Notes: a model not told the origin generated them from the sequence alone. DNA of 64,000 nucleotides from an uncultured Chitinophagaceae bacterium (GCA_937958995.1 CALGAP010000019.1:2370-66369); one strand, 5' to 3'; numbered from the stretch's first letter, positions 9,250 through 18,026 are shown. Numbers and translations: made by a program.

Positions 9250-10755
9250 CTAAGAATCTTTCCTGGTGAAGCGGTTGCGGATGGTTTGTAGTACGGGTTT
9301 GATGTCGGGTGAGAGATTCAATGCAAGCACTCCCGTTGCGTAAATTGCTACGAATACTGCACTGCGGATGAATATCCATAAGATTCCCTGGTAGTCACGA
9401 AACAGGAAATGACAAATGAAATATCCTGCAAGTCCCAGCAGCAGGGTATAAAGCGTGTTCATGCCAAAAGGCTGCATCCCGAATTTTTTGTACAGGAAAT
9501 AAAAGCGAATGCTGTTGTAAACGGTTATGGCAAATAGGTTGGAGGCTGCCGTACCTTCTATACCAAATTGCCTGGTGAGCATATAGTTCAGCGGGAGCGT
9601 GAGCGACAGTAATATCAAACCCGTAATGAATTCAAAACGCCAGTACACAGAAGTGGCAATGATCTGTGAATTGAGACCCGCGGCCAGATCTATCACGCGC
9701 ATAAGGCCGATAAATAAAAAAGCCGGTTTGGCCAGCAGGTAACCTTCCTTCAATTTAAAAGTGAGCACCCCGTCGGTGAAATTGATCCATATCAGCACAA
9801 ACATAGCCACCGCAAAAATCAGTTGATTGATTGATGCGCGACTGTATATGCGTTGAATGCGGTCGTAGTCTTTATCCTTCCAGCTGCGCGACAAGGGCCC
9901 TACAGATGCGGAGATCACTGCGCGCTGCGGCGCCTGTATAAGACTTGAAATGTTTTGCGCCAGCGTATATATGCCCGCGTATTTCAATCCATCGGCCATC
10001 ACGGCGGCGATTACCAGTGTATCAAAAACCTGCGCCACGCTAAATACCAGCAGCCCGCTCCACATAAAGGCCATGAGCGGAACTATTTTTTTGAAAAACT
10101 TTTTCGTAACGCGGCTTATGGAAAAATGAAAATGCAACCGGCCGGTAAAAAATAAGTAGCCACCCAAAATTGCAGCTATGATGATATAGGTGAATGCAAA
10201 GGCTTTTATGAACAGATCGAAATCTTTGATCACCCCCACAAATGTCAGTACGATTAGCAGGGTGGTAAGCAAACGAAAACCCACTTCGCGGAGGAAGTTG
10301 GATAACACCGCCTTGTTGAAATGCCAGGAAAAAGCTTCCAGCAGTGTAAAGATGGTAAGACCAAAACCCAAAGGAAATATCCAGTAAAAATATGTGACGA
10401 GGTCGGGCGCATTGGTGCCGTATTTGCGGATCACCAGGTCTTTAAAAATAAACCCGCCCGAAGTCACCAGCAGGAAACCACAAAGACTCACAACGAATGC
10501 AAAAGTGAACTGGTCATTCTTTTGGGGAGGAAGATTGTCCTGGTAGTAAGGAAAAAACTTGTTTACATACTGCACCGTGCCCAGGTTGGCCAAAGCATAC
10601 ATAATATTGGCGATAGCGAGGAAAGTGCCCTGCGCCAGCCCGTATTGCTCTTCGGTAAAAAAGCGCGCAAAGAGGTAGGTATTCACAAAGCCAAGCACAA
10701 ATCCGAAATACACAATCGCCGATGAAATAATGCTTTGCCGCCTGATGGTGCTCAT
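9250..10755 (-). CDS. Polysaccharide biosynthesis protein / oligosaccharide flippase (MOP/Wzx-like)
   Basis: 501-aa ORF with about 12-14 hydrophobic helices. The N-terminal SIISSAIVYFGFVLGFVN and the overall layout are typical of Wzx-type flippases. Confidence 0.65.
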   Translation of the reverse strand: MSTIRRQSIISSAIVYFGFVLGFVNTYLFARFFTEEQYGLAQGTFLAIANIMYALANLGTVQYVNKFFPYYQDNLPPQKNDQFTFAFVVSLCGFLLVTSGGFIFKDLVIRKYGTNAPDLVTYFYWIFPLGFGLTIFTLLEAFSWHFNKAVLSNFLREVGFRLLTTLLIVLTFVGVIKDFDLFIKAFAFTYIIIAAILGGYLFFTGRLHFHFSISRVTKKFFKKIVPLMAFMWSGLLVFSVAQVFDTLVIAAVMADGLKYAGIYTLAQNISSLIQAPQRAVISASVGPLSRSWKDKDYDRIQRIYSRASINQLIFAVAMFVLIWINFTDGVLTFKLKEGYLLAKPAFLFIGLMRVIDLAAGLNSQIIATSVYWRFEFITGLILLSLTLPLNYMLTRQFGIEGTAASNLFAITVYNSIRFYFLYKKFGMQPFGMNTLYTLLLGLAGYFICHFLFRDYQGILWIFIRSAVFVAIYATGVLALNLSPDIKPVLQTIRNRFTRKDS

Positions 10756-12389
10756 GAAGAAACTTTTTTGGTGCGGATATAAAAATTCCTGTCCACACTC
10801 AGTTCACTCACACCTGCGGGTGCGTCCATCGTCTGCCATTGCGCAGTAGGAGTGATCCATTTTACACCACCCAAATTTATTTTCAACGGCATGGCAAAAC
10901 CCGGCACCACATCGGTATAGCGGTATTGCAGTTTGCGCCCGCTGATCTTATACTCCAACGTAGGTATCATGGTGGTGCGAAGGTATTGATCGAAAACCTT
11001 CGAAAGATCTTTGCCTGCTTCTTTGCTGAAATAGGCTTCAATTGTTTTGGTGTCGACCGATTTGTGAAACAAATCTGCATTCAGTCCGCGCAGTATTTTC
11101 CTGAACAATGAATCATCGTTGATCACCTGGCGGATGGTATGCAGCAGGTTACCTCCTTTGTAATACATGTCGCCACTGCCCTTGCTTTGCACGCCATAGG
11201 CGCCGATGATGGGCCTGTCGTTGAGAATATTTCGCCGCGTGCCGATCACATAATCATTGCCCGCTTCCACACCAAACTTGCAGGTGGTGAATATGGTTTC
11301 AGAATAATTGGTAAATCCTTCATGTACCCACATGTCGGCAATATCGTTGGTGGTGATGTTATTGCCAAACCATTCGTGTCCACTTTCGTGAACCAGGATA
11401 AAATCCCATTTCAATCCCCATCCGCTGCCGGAGAGGTCCCTGCCGCGATAGCCGTTCTTGAATTCATTACCATAGGCCACCGCGCTCTGATGCTCCATGC
11501 CGAGATGCGGCGATTGCACCAGCTTGAATCCATCTTCATAAAAAGGATAGGGGCCAAACCAGTATTCAAAACAGGAAAGCATTTCGGCTGCCTGTTTAAA
11601 TTGCTCCTTGGCTTTTTCCAGTTCATAATCGAGCACCCAGTATTCGCAATCGAGTTTTCCCTTTTCGCCATTGAAGGTTTCATTCCAGGAAACATACTTT
11701 CCGATATAGGGTATGATGTTGTAATTGTTGATAGGATTTTTGACCGACCAGTGATAAGTGATAAATCCTTCGCGCGGCATGCGTCCGAGCAAACGGCCAT
11801 TTCCCACGGCTACCAGCGTGTCGGGTACGGTGATCAGTAAGCTCGCGCCACGATCGGGTTCGTCTGACTGGTGATCTTTACAGGGATACCAGACGCTGGC
11901 ACCCAAACCCTGGCAGGCCACACTCATCCAGGGGCGGCCTTGTTTATCTTTTGCCCATATCCATCCTCCATCCCATGGCGGATTCACAGCCTCGCGCGGT
12001 TTGCCTTTTGCTTTAATATTGATAGTATAGTCTTTTCCTGCCTGTGGTGCTTCCGAAAAACTGATGAAATAAACATTGCCTTCGCGGCGCAGGCCTAGCC
12101 TGAAATTATCACATTCCGCCCCGGTAATTTCCATCGGTTGCTGCAGGTCAATCTGCATAACTGTGGCGGGCTTCAGTACCTTAAATTGTATTTGGCTTTC
12201 TACTTCAATGGTCTTGCTGTTGTAATCGGGAGTAACATGAATGGTATAATACTGCACATCCCACCATTCGCGCTCCGGTGTAACTGAGCCGCGCAAGGTA
12301 TCCTGCCGGGTAAATTTTTGTGCGGATCCGGAATAACTCAGCACTGCCACAAAAACGAGGAACAGGGGCCTTTTCAAATGTTTAACCAT
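10752..12389 (-). CDS. M1 family zinc aminopeptidase (secreted)
   Basis: Signal peptide, HEXXH-18-E zinc site (VHESGHEWFGN...WVHEGF) and a GAMEN-like HLGMEH element. Its stop overlaps the start of the downstream flippase gene (ATGA). Confidence 0.85.
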   Translation of the reverse strand: MVKHLKRPLFLVFVAVLSYSGSAQKFTRQDTLRGSVTPEREWWDVQYYTIHVTPDYNSKTIEVESQIQFKVLKPATVMQIDLQQPMEITGAECDNFRLGLRREGNVYFISFSEAPQAGKDYTINIKAKGKPREAVNPPWDGGWIWAKDKQGRPWMSVACQGLGASVWYPCKDHQSDEPDRGASLLITVPDTLVAVGNGRLLGRMPREGFITYHWSVKNPINNYNIIPYIGKYVSWNETFNGEKGKLDCEYWVLDYELEKAKEQFKQAAEMLSCFEYWFGPYPFYEDGFKLVQSPHLGMEHQSAVAYGNEFKNGYRGRDLSGSGWGLKWDFILVHESGHEWFGNNITTNDIADMWVHEGFTNYSETIFTTCKFGVEAGNDYVIGTRRNILNDRPIIGAYGVQSKGSGDMYYKGGNLLHTIRQVINDDSLFRKILRGLNADLFHKSVDTKTIEAYFSKEAGKDLSKVFDQYLRTTMIPTLEYKISGRKLQYRYTDVVPGFAMPLKINLGGVKWITPTAQWQTMDAPAGVSELSVDRNFYIRTKKVSS

Positions 12390-12423
12390 GTTGTCTGTTT
12401 GATTCGCTAAATTTAGCCGGTTT

Positions 12424-14055
12424 ATGAGGCTTAAAGTTATCTATTTTGTTATTGTCGCCGCTATCATTCTCTCTGCCTGCGGGTCGGGACGCAATTCGGG
12501 TAAACAGGTTTTTCACTATAACGAGCAAACAGGTATTGCCTCGCTCGATCCGGCCCTTGCCAAAAACCAGTCCATTATGTGGCCCGTGCACCAGTTGTTC
12601 AACACGCTGGTGGAAATAGACAGCAACCTCAACCTCGTTCCTTCGCTGGCCACGCACTGGGAAGTATCTGACGACCGCCGCGTTTATACCTTTCATTTGC
12701 GCAGCGATGTTTTTTTTCACGACAATGAAGCCTTTCCCGGTGGCGTGGGCCGCCGCATGACCGCACACGATGTGGTGTATAGTTTCAAACGCATCATGGA
12801 TCCCGCCACCGCCAGCAGCGGCGCCTGGATATTCAACAACCGCATCGATAGCGCCGAAGGTTTCAAAGCCATTGACGATACCACTTTTCAACTCACGCTT
12901 ATAAGACCGTTTACGCCGATACTGGGGTTGCTTAGCATGCAGTATTGCTCCATAGTACCGCGCGAAGTAGTGGAATATTATGGTAAGGATTTTCGCAGTC
13001 ACCCCTGCGGTACAGGACCTTTTATGTTCCAGGCCTGGGAAGAAGGACTGGCATTGATATTAAAAAAGAACCCTCGTTATTTTGAAAAAGACGGTGCGGG
13101 TAACCGGCTTCCTTATCTGGATGCTATTAAAATTACTTTTTACGATAACAAGGCTACCGAGTTTATGCTCTTTCGCCAGGGCGAACTGGATTTCATCAAC
13201 GATATCGATCCTTCCTTCAAAGATGAAGTGCTCACCAAGAAGGGCGTGCTGCGTAAAGATTGGGAAGGGACAATCGTTTTACAAAAGCATCCTTATCTCA
13301 ATACAGAGTACCTGGGCATCCTGGTGGATTCAACAAACGATATCGTGAAAAAATCACCGCTTCGTTTTCGCCAGGTGCGGCAGGCTATTAATTATGGTTT
13401 CGACCGCGAAAAGATGGTCATGTACCTGCGCAATTCAATCGGCACGCCGGCCACAAGTGGATTCATACCAGCAGGACTGCCGAGCTTTGATGCAAATATT
13501 GTAAAGGGCTATCCTTATGACCCGGCTAAAGCGCGGCAACTGCTGGCCGAGGCGGGTTTTCCTGAAGGGAAAGGATTGGGTGAAATAAAACTGCTGACCG
13601 TTCCCATATACGCCGACCTGGCGAGTTTCATCGCCAAACAACTCGAAGATATCGGCATGAGAATACAGGTGGAAGTGGTGCAGAAAAGTTTTTTACTGGA
13701 ACAAACCGCCAAATCGCAGGCATTGTTTTTCCGCGCCAGTTGGATAGCAGATTATCCCGAAGCCGAAAATTACCTGGGCGTGTTTTATGGTAAGAATCCC
13801 GCGCCGCCCAACTATACCCGCTATAAGAATGCGCGCTTTGATGAATTATATGAAAAGGCGCTGGTCACTGAGAATGATTCCATGCGCTACGACCTCTACC
13901 GGCAGATGGATCAACTGGTCATCAACGATGCGCCGCTAGTACCGCTTTGGTACGATGAAGTGATACACCTGGTGAATCCACGCGTCAAGAATTTTACTCC
14001 TAATGGGCTCAATTTATTGGAGTTAAGAAGGGTATATATCGACAGGTCACGATAA
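12424..14055 (+). CDS. ABC transporter substrate-binding lipoprotein, family 5 (peptide/nickel type)
   Basis: Lipoprotein signal (IILSACG). It reads like the SBP_bac_5 family throughout (LDPALAKNQS..., YTFHLRSDVFFHD, PLVPLWY). No permease or ATPase gene is adjacent. Confidence 0.8.
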   Translation: MRLKVIYFVIVAAIILSACGSGRNSGKQVFHYNEQTGIASLDPALAKNQSIMWPVHQLFNTLVEIDSNLNLVPSLATHWEVSDDRRVYTFHLRSDVFFHDNEAFPGGVGRRMTAHDVVYSFKRIMDPATASSGAWIFNNRIDSAEGFKAIDDTTFQLTLIRPFTPILGLLSMQYCSIVPREVVEYYGKDFRSHPCGTGPFMFQAWEEGLALILKKNPRYFEKDGAGNRLPYLDAIKITFYDNKATEFMLFRQGELDFINDIDPSFKDEVLTKKGVLRKDWEGTIVLQKHPYLNTEYLGILVDSTNDIVKKSPLRFRQVRQAINYGFDREKMVMYLRNSIGTPATSGFIPAGLPSFDANIVKGYPYDPAKARQLLAEAGFPEGKGLGEIKLLTVPIYADLASFIAKQLEDIGMRIQVEVVQKSFLLEQTAKSQALFFRASWIADYPEAENYLGVFYGKNPAPPNYTRYKNARFDELYEKALVTENDSMRYDLYRQMDQLVINDAPLVPLWYDEVIHLVNPRVKNFTPNGLNLLELRRVYIDRSR

Positions 14056-14172
14056 CAAATACGCTAACTACTTCAGTGTCTGCACATTGTTCGGTTACCT
14101 TACGGTGAGATATTAGCTCAGAAAAATATTTGACAAAAATCTTTTATTGTAAATGATTGAATTTCTGACTAC

Positions 14173-14222
14173 TTCGGAAAATACGGAGCGTAACCTTACG
14201 ATGCCTGCTTGTATTTTCCGAA
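14173..14222. repeat. Perfect 12-bp inverted repeat (hairpin) in the AT-rich intergenic region
   Basis: TTCGGAAAATAC (14173-14184) and GTATTTTCCGAA (14211-14222) are separated by 26 nt. No adjacent U-tract on either strand. Confidence 0.6.
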
Positions 14223-14296
14223 AACTGAAATTAATTTTGAATTAAGGTTTTACCCTTAAGTATTATTAGAAGTTCATTTAATGGTAGAACTAAGAT

Positions 14297-14334
14297 TTAT
14301 CCTATAGAAAACCATTCGTTATCCTATAGAAAAC
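14297..14334 (+). promoter_or_regulatory. Two perfect 16-nt direct repeats, a candidate regulator binding site or leader element
   Basis: TTATCCTATAGAAAAC occurs at 14297-14312 and 14319-14334 (22-bp period). A related single copy, TTATCCTAAGAGAGAC, precedes the paralogous gene at 15702. Confidence 0.45.
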
Positions 14335-14364
14335 TGTTACGATTGATCCTAAACCCTTGGAACT

Positions 14365-15636
14365 ATGAGAACGAATGGTACCCTTAAAACACAAAAACTG
14401 TGGCTTATAGCTCTTGCTTTATTGCCCCTGTTTTTCTCTAATTTTTCTAACGCGCAGTCAACTTCAGGCGCAGATTTCGTATTCATTAATCACTCGCTGG
14501 TATCCGGCACCGCCCGTGCCAAAGGCGCTGTGTATCTTTTCCCTTCAGTGAGAAATGGTGTTGATTGCTACGTGACTATCGTGGACATCACTCCTAAAAC
14601 TACTATCCCGACATTTGATGATAATACTGCAGGAACTGGTTTCCGCGAAGCATTTCAGCCCAGGATACAGGTTGAAGGAAAGACGCGCGGCTATGCCGAG
14701 TTTATGTTCCGCTTTGTAAAAGCCGGCACCAACATCGATACCTTGATGAATGAAATTCCTGCTACTTCTATTGATGTGGACGGTAATCGTTCAGGATCTG
14801 ATAGCCTGCTGGAATTTGACGAATACTTTTTACCTTCCACATACCTGGTCGACTTCGATATGCTGGCTGGTGATCTTAGTTTTAACTTTTCGGCAGGTAG
14901 CATTATTGGTCGCAACAAGGCGGCCCAGGAGCATGTCGGCATCGATACCGTTGACCGCTCGGTGATGTTCTCGGTGGTATATCCCCACGCATCAACCTTT
15001 ACTGTACGTATTGGCGTGGACAATACCAAGAGCAACTCCGATAACCGCCAGCGTAGTGTTTATTTCAAACGATTTGTTTATCCCCACTCATTCCTGCCCG
15101 TGCGTGGTTTGCGTTCGTTCACTGCTGCATCGCAGAATAATGCGGTGAAACTGAACTGGACGATGAACCTGGGTCATGATATTGTTGCTGCAGATGTGGA
15201 AAAAAGCGTGAATGGTGCACACTTCACACGTGTGTCGTCGGTATCGATGGCCAGTGAGTTGCAGAGCAGCTATACCGACAACAATGTAAATGGCAATGTT
15301 TATTACCGTTTGAAAATGACCAATGCCACAGGTAAGGTAAGTTATAGTGAAGTGTTGCTGGTGAAGAGCAGCCAGGCGCACAGCGGTTTCAAAGTTTTTC
15401 CGAGTGTGATTGATGATTACACCACGGTTAACTTCAGCGCTGCTAATGCGGGCACCGCCACCTTGATGATTGCCGATAACAATGGAAGAATTGTTAAGCA
15501 ACAGGCAGTATCTGTGCAGCAGGGCGTCAATACGGCGATGGTAAATGGACTTGGCCAATTGCCCGCTGGTCAGTATGTGGCTGTGTTGCGCGGAGCCGGC
15601 TATAACTTTACGCAAAAGATTTTCATCACTAAATAA
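14365..15636 (+). CDS. Secreted protein with a T9SS type A C-terminal sorting domain (paralogue 1)
   Basis: Signal peptide (LFFSNFSNAQS), a ~240-aa N-terminal domain of unknown function, an Ig/FN3-like module, and a C-terminal ~80-aa Por/T9SS tail (FKVFPSVIDDYTTVNF...YVAVLRGAGYNFTQKIFITK). Confidence 0.8.
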   Translation: MRTNGTLKTQKLWLIALALLPLFFSNFSNAQSTSGADFVFINHSLVSGTARAKGAVYLFPSVRNGVDCYVTIVDITPKTTIPTFDDNTAGTGFREAFQPRIQVEGKTRGYAEFMFRFVKAGTNIDTLMNEIPATSIDVDGNRSGSDSLLEFDEYFLPSTYLVDFDMLAGDLSFNFSAGSIIGRNKAAQEHVGIDTVDRSVMFSVVYPHASTFTVRIGVDNTKSNSDNRQRSVYFKRFVYPHSFLPVRGLRSFTAASQNNAVKLNWTMNLGHDIVAADVEKSVNGAHFTRVSSVSMASELQSSYTDNNVNGNVYYRLKMTNATGKVSYSEVLLVKSSQAHSGFKVFPSVIDDYTTVNFSAANAGTATLMIADNNGRIVKQQAVSVQQGVNTAMVNGLGQLPAGQYVAVLRGAGYNFTQKIFITK

Positions 15637-15671
15637 AACGCATTTACCTTATTGATGGCTGTGACTACAGG

Positions 15672-15703
15672 CGTCAACTCCAAGATCCGTTGAACGACTT
15701 TTT
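15672..15703 (+). terminator. Weak terminator candidate after T9SS paralogue 1
   Basis: CGTCAAC...GTTGAACG forms an imperfect 7-bp stem and is followed by CTTTTT. Confidence 0.3.
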
Positions 15704-15757
15704 ATCCTAAGAGAGACCATTCGTAAACAAAGTTCGAAACCCTTTGAAATGTTTATT

Positions 15758-17014
15758 ATGAAAACGAATGGTACACGATTTATTGTTATTGCTGTTGTGT
15801 TTGAGTTGGTTTGCCTCTTAATCAGTTCTTCTGTTAAAGCACAGCCTGAATATGATTTCTCCAACGGCACATTGATAGCGGGTCAACAAAGAAAAGTAGG
15901 CGCCGTCTATCGTTTCACCCAGGTTCGTCCCAACGTTGATGCCCTGGTAACTATTACGGATCTCACCGGTGGTGTTACATTAAACGACATCGATGGCGGT
16001 TCGGGTTTTAAAAGAGCTTTTCAGCCTGTAATACAGGTGCCCGCCAAATCGATGGGGTATGCTGAATTCAGAATCAGCTTCGTGGTGGCCAATACTACTA
16101 CTCCTGCTGTTCAGGGAGAAGTGCCCATGACGCCGATCGATGTGGACGGACAAACCTATGCCAGTGGTAAGGTGTTTGAATTTGACCAGATCGAGAATGT
16201 TTCGGGCCTGGCCAATTATATAGACTTTAACCAGTTGGCTGGTGAGCTGAATCTTCAGCTGGGCCAGGATTGGCTGACTGGCAGAAATACGGCGTCCATT
16301 GACTATCCCGGTGTGGATACTATGGCAAAGCAGGCCATGTTTACCGTAGTGATAGCATCAGTACAGGCTGTTACCATTCGAGTAGGCGCCGACAACCAGA
16401 CCAGTCAAAGCCTTCAGCGCCTGCGCAGTGTTTATTTTAAGCGATTCACTTACCCGCACTCAGCGCTGCCTGCATCGAGTGTTGTGCGTTTTACAGGTGT
16501 TGAAAAACAAGATAAGGTAGAACTGAGCTGGCAACTTACTGCTGAAAATCAGCTCAGCAAAGTGATAGTAGAAAAAGGCAACTCTTCTTCGCAGTTCAAT
16601 GCGATCGGTGAAGTGACTATCGGTCATGGCAGAACGAATTACAACTTTACCGATATCTCCGGCATCAATTCAGCGGCCTATTACCGCCTGAAACTGGTTG
16701 CTGTGGATGGCAGCATTTCTTACAGTAATGTGTTGACCTTCCGCAATGGCGCATTGGCTCAGACCTTTAAAGTATATCCGAGCGTGGTTAACAGTTCGGT
16801 TACTGTAACGGTAAAAGGTAATCAGTCAGGCGCAGCTACCTTCCAACTGCTCGACTATGCCGGCCGTGTGGTGAAGCAGCAACGCATTGCGGTGCAGGAA
16901 GGTAACAATAATGTAGTATTTAACGACCTGGGCGATGTGATTCCCGGGAACTATATAGTAGCATTAAAAACAAACGATAACCAGACTTATACACAGAAAA
17001 TTATAAAACAGTAA
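15758..17014 (+). CDS. Secreted protein with a T9SS type A C-terminal sorting domain (paralogue 2)
   Basis: Same architecture as 14365-15636, with colinear similarity (GAVYRF/GAVYLF, GFKRAFQPVIQV/GFREAFQPRIQV, GYAEF, IDVDG, SVYFKRF.YPHS, FKVYPSV). I chose the start at 15758 (MKTNGT) by analogy to MRTNGT in paralogue 1. An alternative ATG lies at 15749. Confidence 0.8.
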   Translation: MKTNGTRFIVIAVVFELVCLLISSSVKAQPEYDFSNGTLIAGQQRKVGAVYRFTQVRPNVDALVTITDLTGGVTLNDIDGGSGFKRAFQPVIQVPAKSMGYAEFRISFVVANTTTPAVQGEVPMTPIDVDGQTYASGKVFEFDQIENVSGLANYIDFNQLAGELNLQLGQDWLTGRNTASIDYPGVDTMAKQAMFTVVIASVQAVTIRVGADNQTSQSLQRLRSVYFKRFTYPHSALPASSVVRFTGVEKQDKVELSWQLTAENQLSKVIVEKGNSSSQFNAIGEVTIGHGRTNYNFTDISGINSAAYYRLKLVAVDGSISYSNVLTFRNGALAQTFKVYPSVVNSSVTVTVKGNQSGAATFQLLDYAGRVVKQQRIAVQEGNNNVVFNDLGDVIPGNYIVALKTNDNQTYTQKIIKQ

Positions 17015-17078
17015 ATCGTAACGTCACAGATTACGCTTAAGGCAAACTAAGATACCATTTGTTTTTGCCGTACCCAGT

Positions 17079-17100
17079 AGCCCCGATGAAAGTCGGGGCT
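17079..17100 (+). terminator. Hairpin terminator candidate after T9SS paralogue 2
   Basis: AGCCCCGA-TGAAAG-TCGGGGCT forms an 8-bp GC-rich stem. The downstream T-tract is poor (TCACTTGTAT). Confidence 0.45.
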
Positions 17101-17171
17101 TCACTTGTATCCGGATGTATTAGACGTTTGTGAATACAAGATTGATCGCGGATTAGCAGGGGTTGCGCAGA

Positions 17172-17218
17172 TTGCGCGGATAAACTATATGAATTTACAT
17201 CTCTCTTATCCGCGCAAC
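17172..17218 (-). terminator. 12-bp perfect inverted repeat downstream of msrA (possible terminator)
   Basis: TTGCGCGGATAA (17172-17183) and TTATCCGCGCAA (17207-17218) with a 23-nt loop. It lies 32 nt past the msrA stop. No clear U-tract. Confidence 0.3.
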
Positions 17219-17249
17219 CTGCGAAATTCCAAATAACCCGTGATTAAGC

Positions 17250-17915
17250 TCAGTGCTTCAGCTTTTCCTTAAACACCTTCCTGAACTTTTCCAGCTTGGG
17301 GCGGATCACATAATAGCAATATGGCTGCGACCCGTTCTGGTTGTAATAATCCTGGTGATAATTTTCGGCCTCGTAGAAAGTCTTGTAAGGAGAAATTTCA
17401 GTGACGATCGGGTTGTCCCAGGCGCCGCTTTTGTCGAGTTCGGCTTTATATTTTTCAGCTTTTGTCTTTTGCTCTTCGTTGTGATAGAAAATTACACTGC
17501 GGTATTGGGGGCCCACATCATTGCCCTGCCGGTTGGGCGTGGTGGGATCGTGTGTCTGCCAGAAAACTTCCAGTAACTCGTCGTAACTGATCTTTTGGGG
17601 ATCGTATACCACCTGTACACACTCTGCATGTCCGGTAGTGCCCGTTGTGACTTCCTTATAGGTTGGATTAACTACATGGCCGCCGCTATACCCCGAAGTT
17701 ACTTTCAGTACTCCGTCCAGTTCCTGGAAAATGGCTTCTGTACACCAGAAACAGCCGGTGCCAAAGGTGGCGGTATCCACCTGGCGGGAGTCATCGCCCG
17801 CAACGGCGGCGGTGGTTTTTAAACTGGTACTCATATTTTTCTCTGCATTTTGTGTTTGTGCGCATGAAAGCAAGGTAGCAAGCGTGACAATCGTACCTGT
17901 AAAGATGAAATTCAT
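17250..17915 (-). CDS. msrA: Peptide-methionine (S)-S-oxide reductase, exported/lipoprotein form
   Basis: GCFWCTE active-site motif and a conserved MsrA core. The N-terminus MNFIFTGTIVTLATLLSCAQ looks like a lipoprotein signal. The ORF could also start at 17945. Confidence 0.9.
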   Translation of the reverse strand: MNFIFTGTIVTLATLLSCAQTQNAEKNMSTSLKTTAAVAGDDSRQVDTATFGTGCFWCTEAIFQELDGVLKVTSGYSGGHVVNPTYKEVTTGTTGHAECVQVVYDPQKISYDELLEVFWQTHDPTTPNRQGNDVGPQYRSVIFYHNEEQKTKAEKYKAELDKSGAWDNPIVTEISPYKTFYEAENYHQDYYNQNGSQPYCYYVIRPKLEKFRKVFKEKLKH

Positions 17916-18026
17916 ACAACAACATTTAAGAGACCTGCCAATCATTCAATCATTATCAATAACAAAACTATTCGGGTTTTGATGGGGGCGAGATGCTAAA
18001 GAAAGACAAAAGTACGAAATGGTGGC

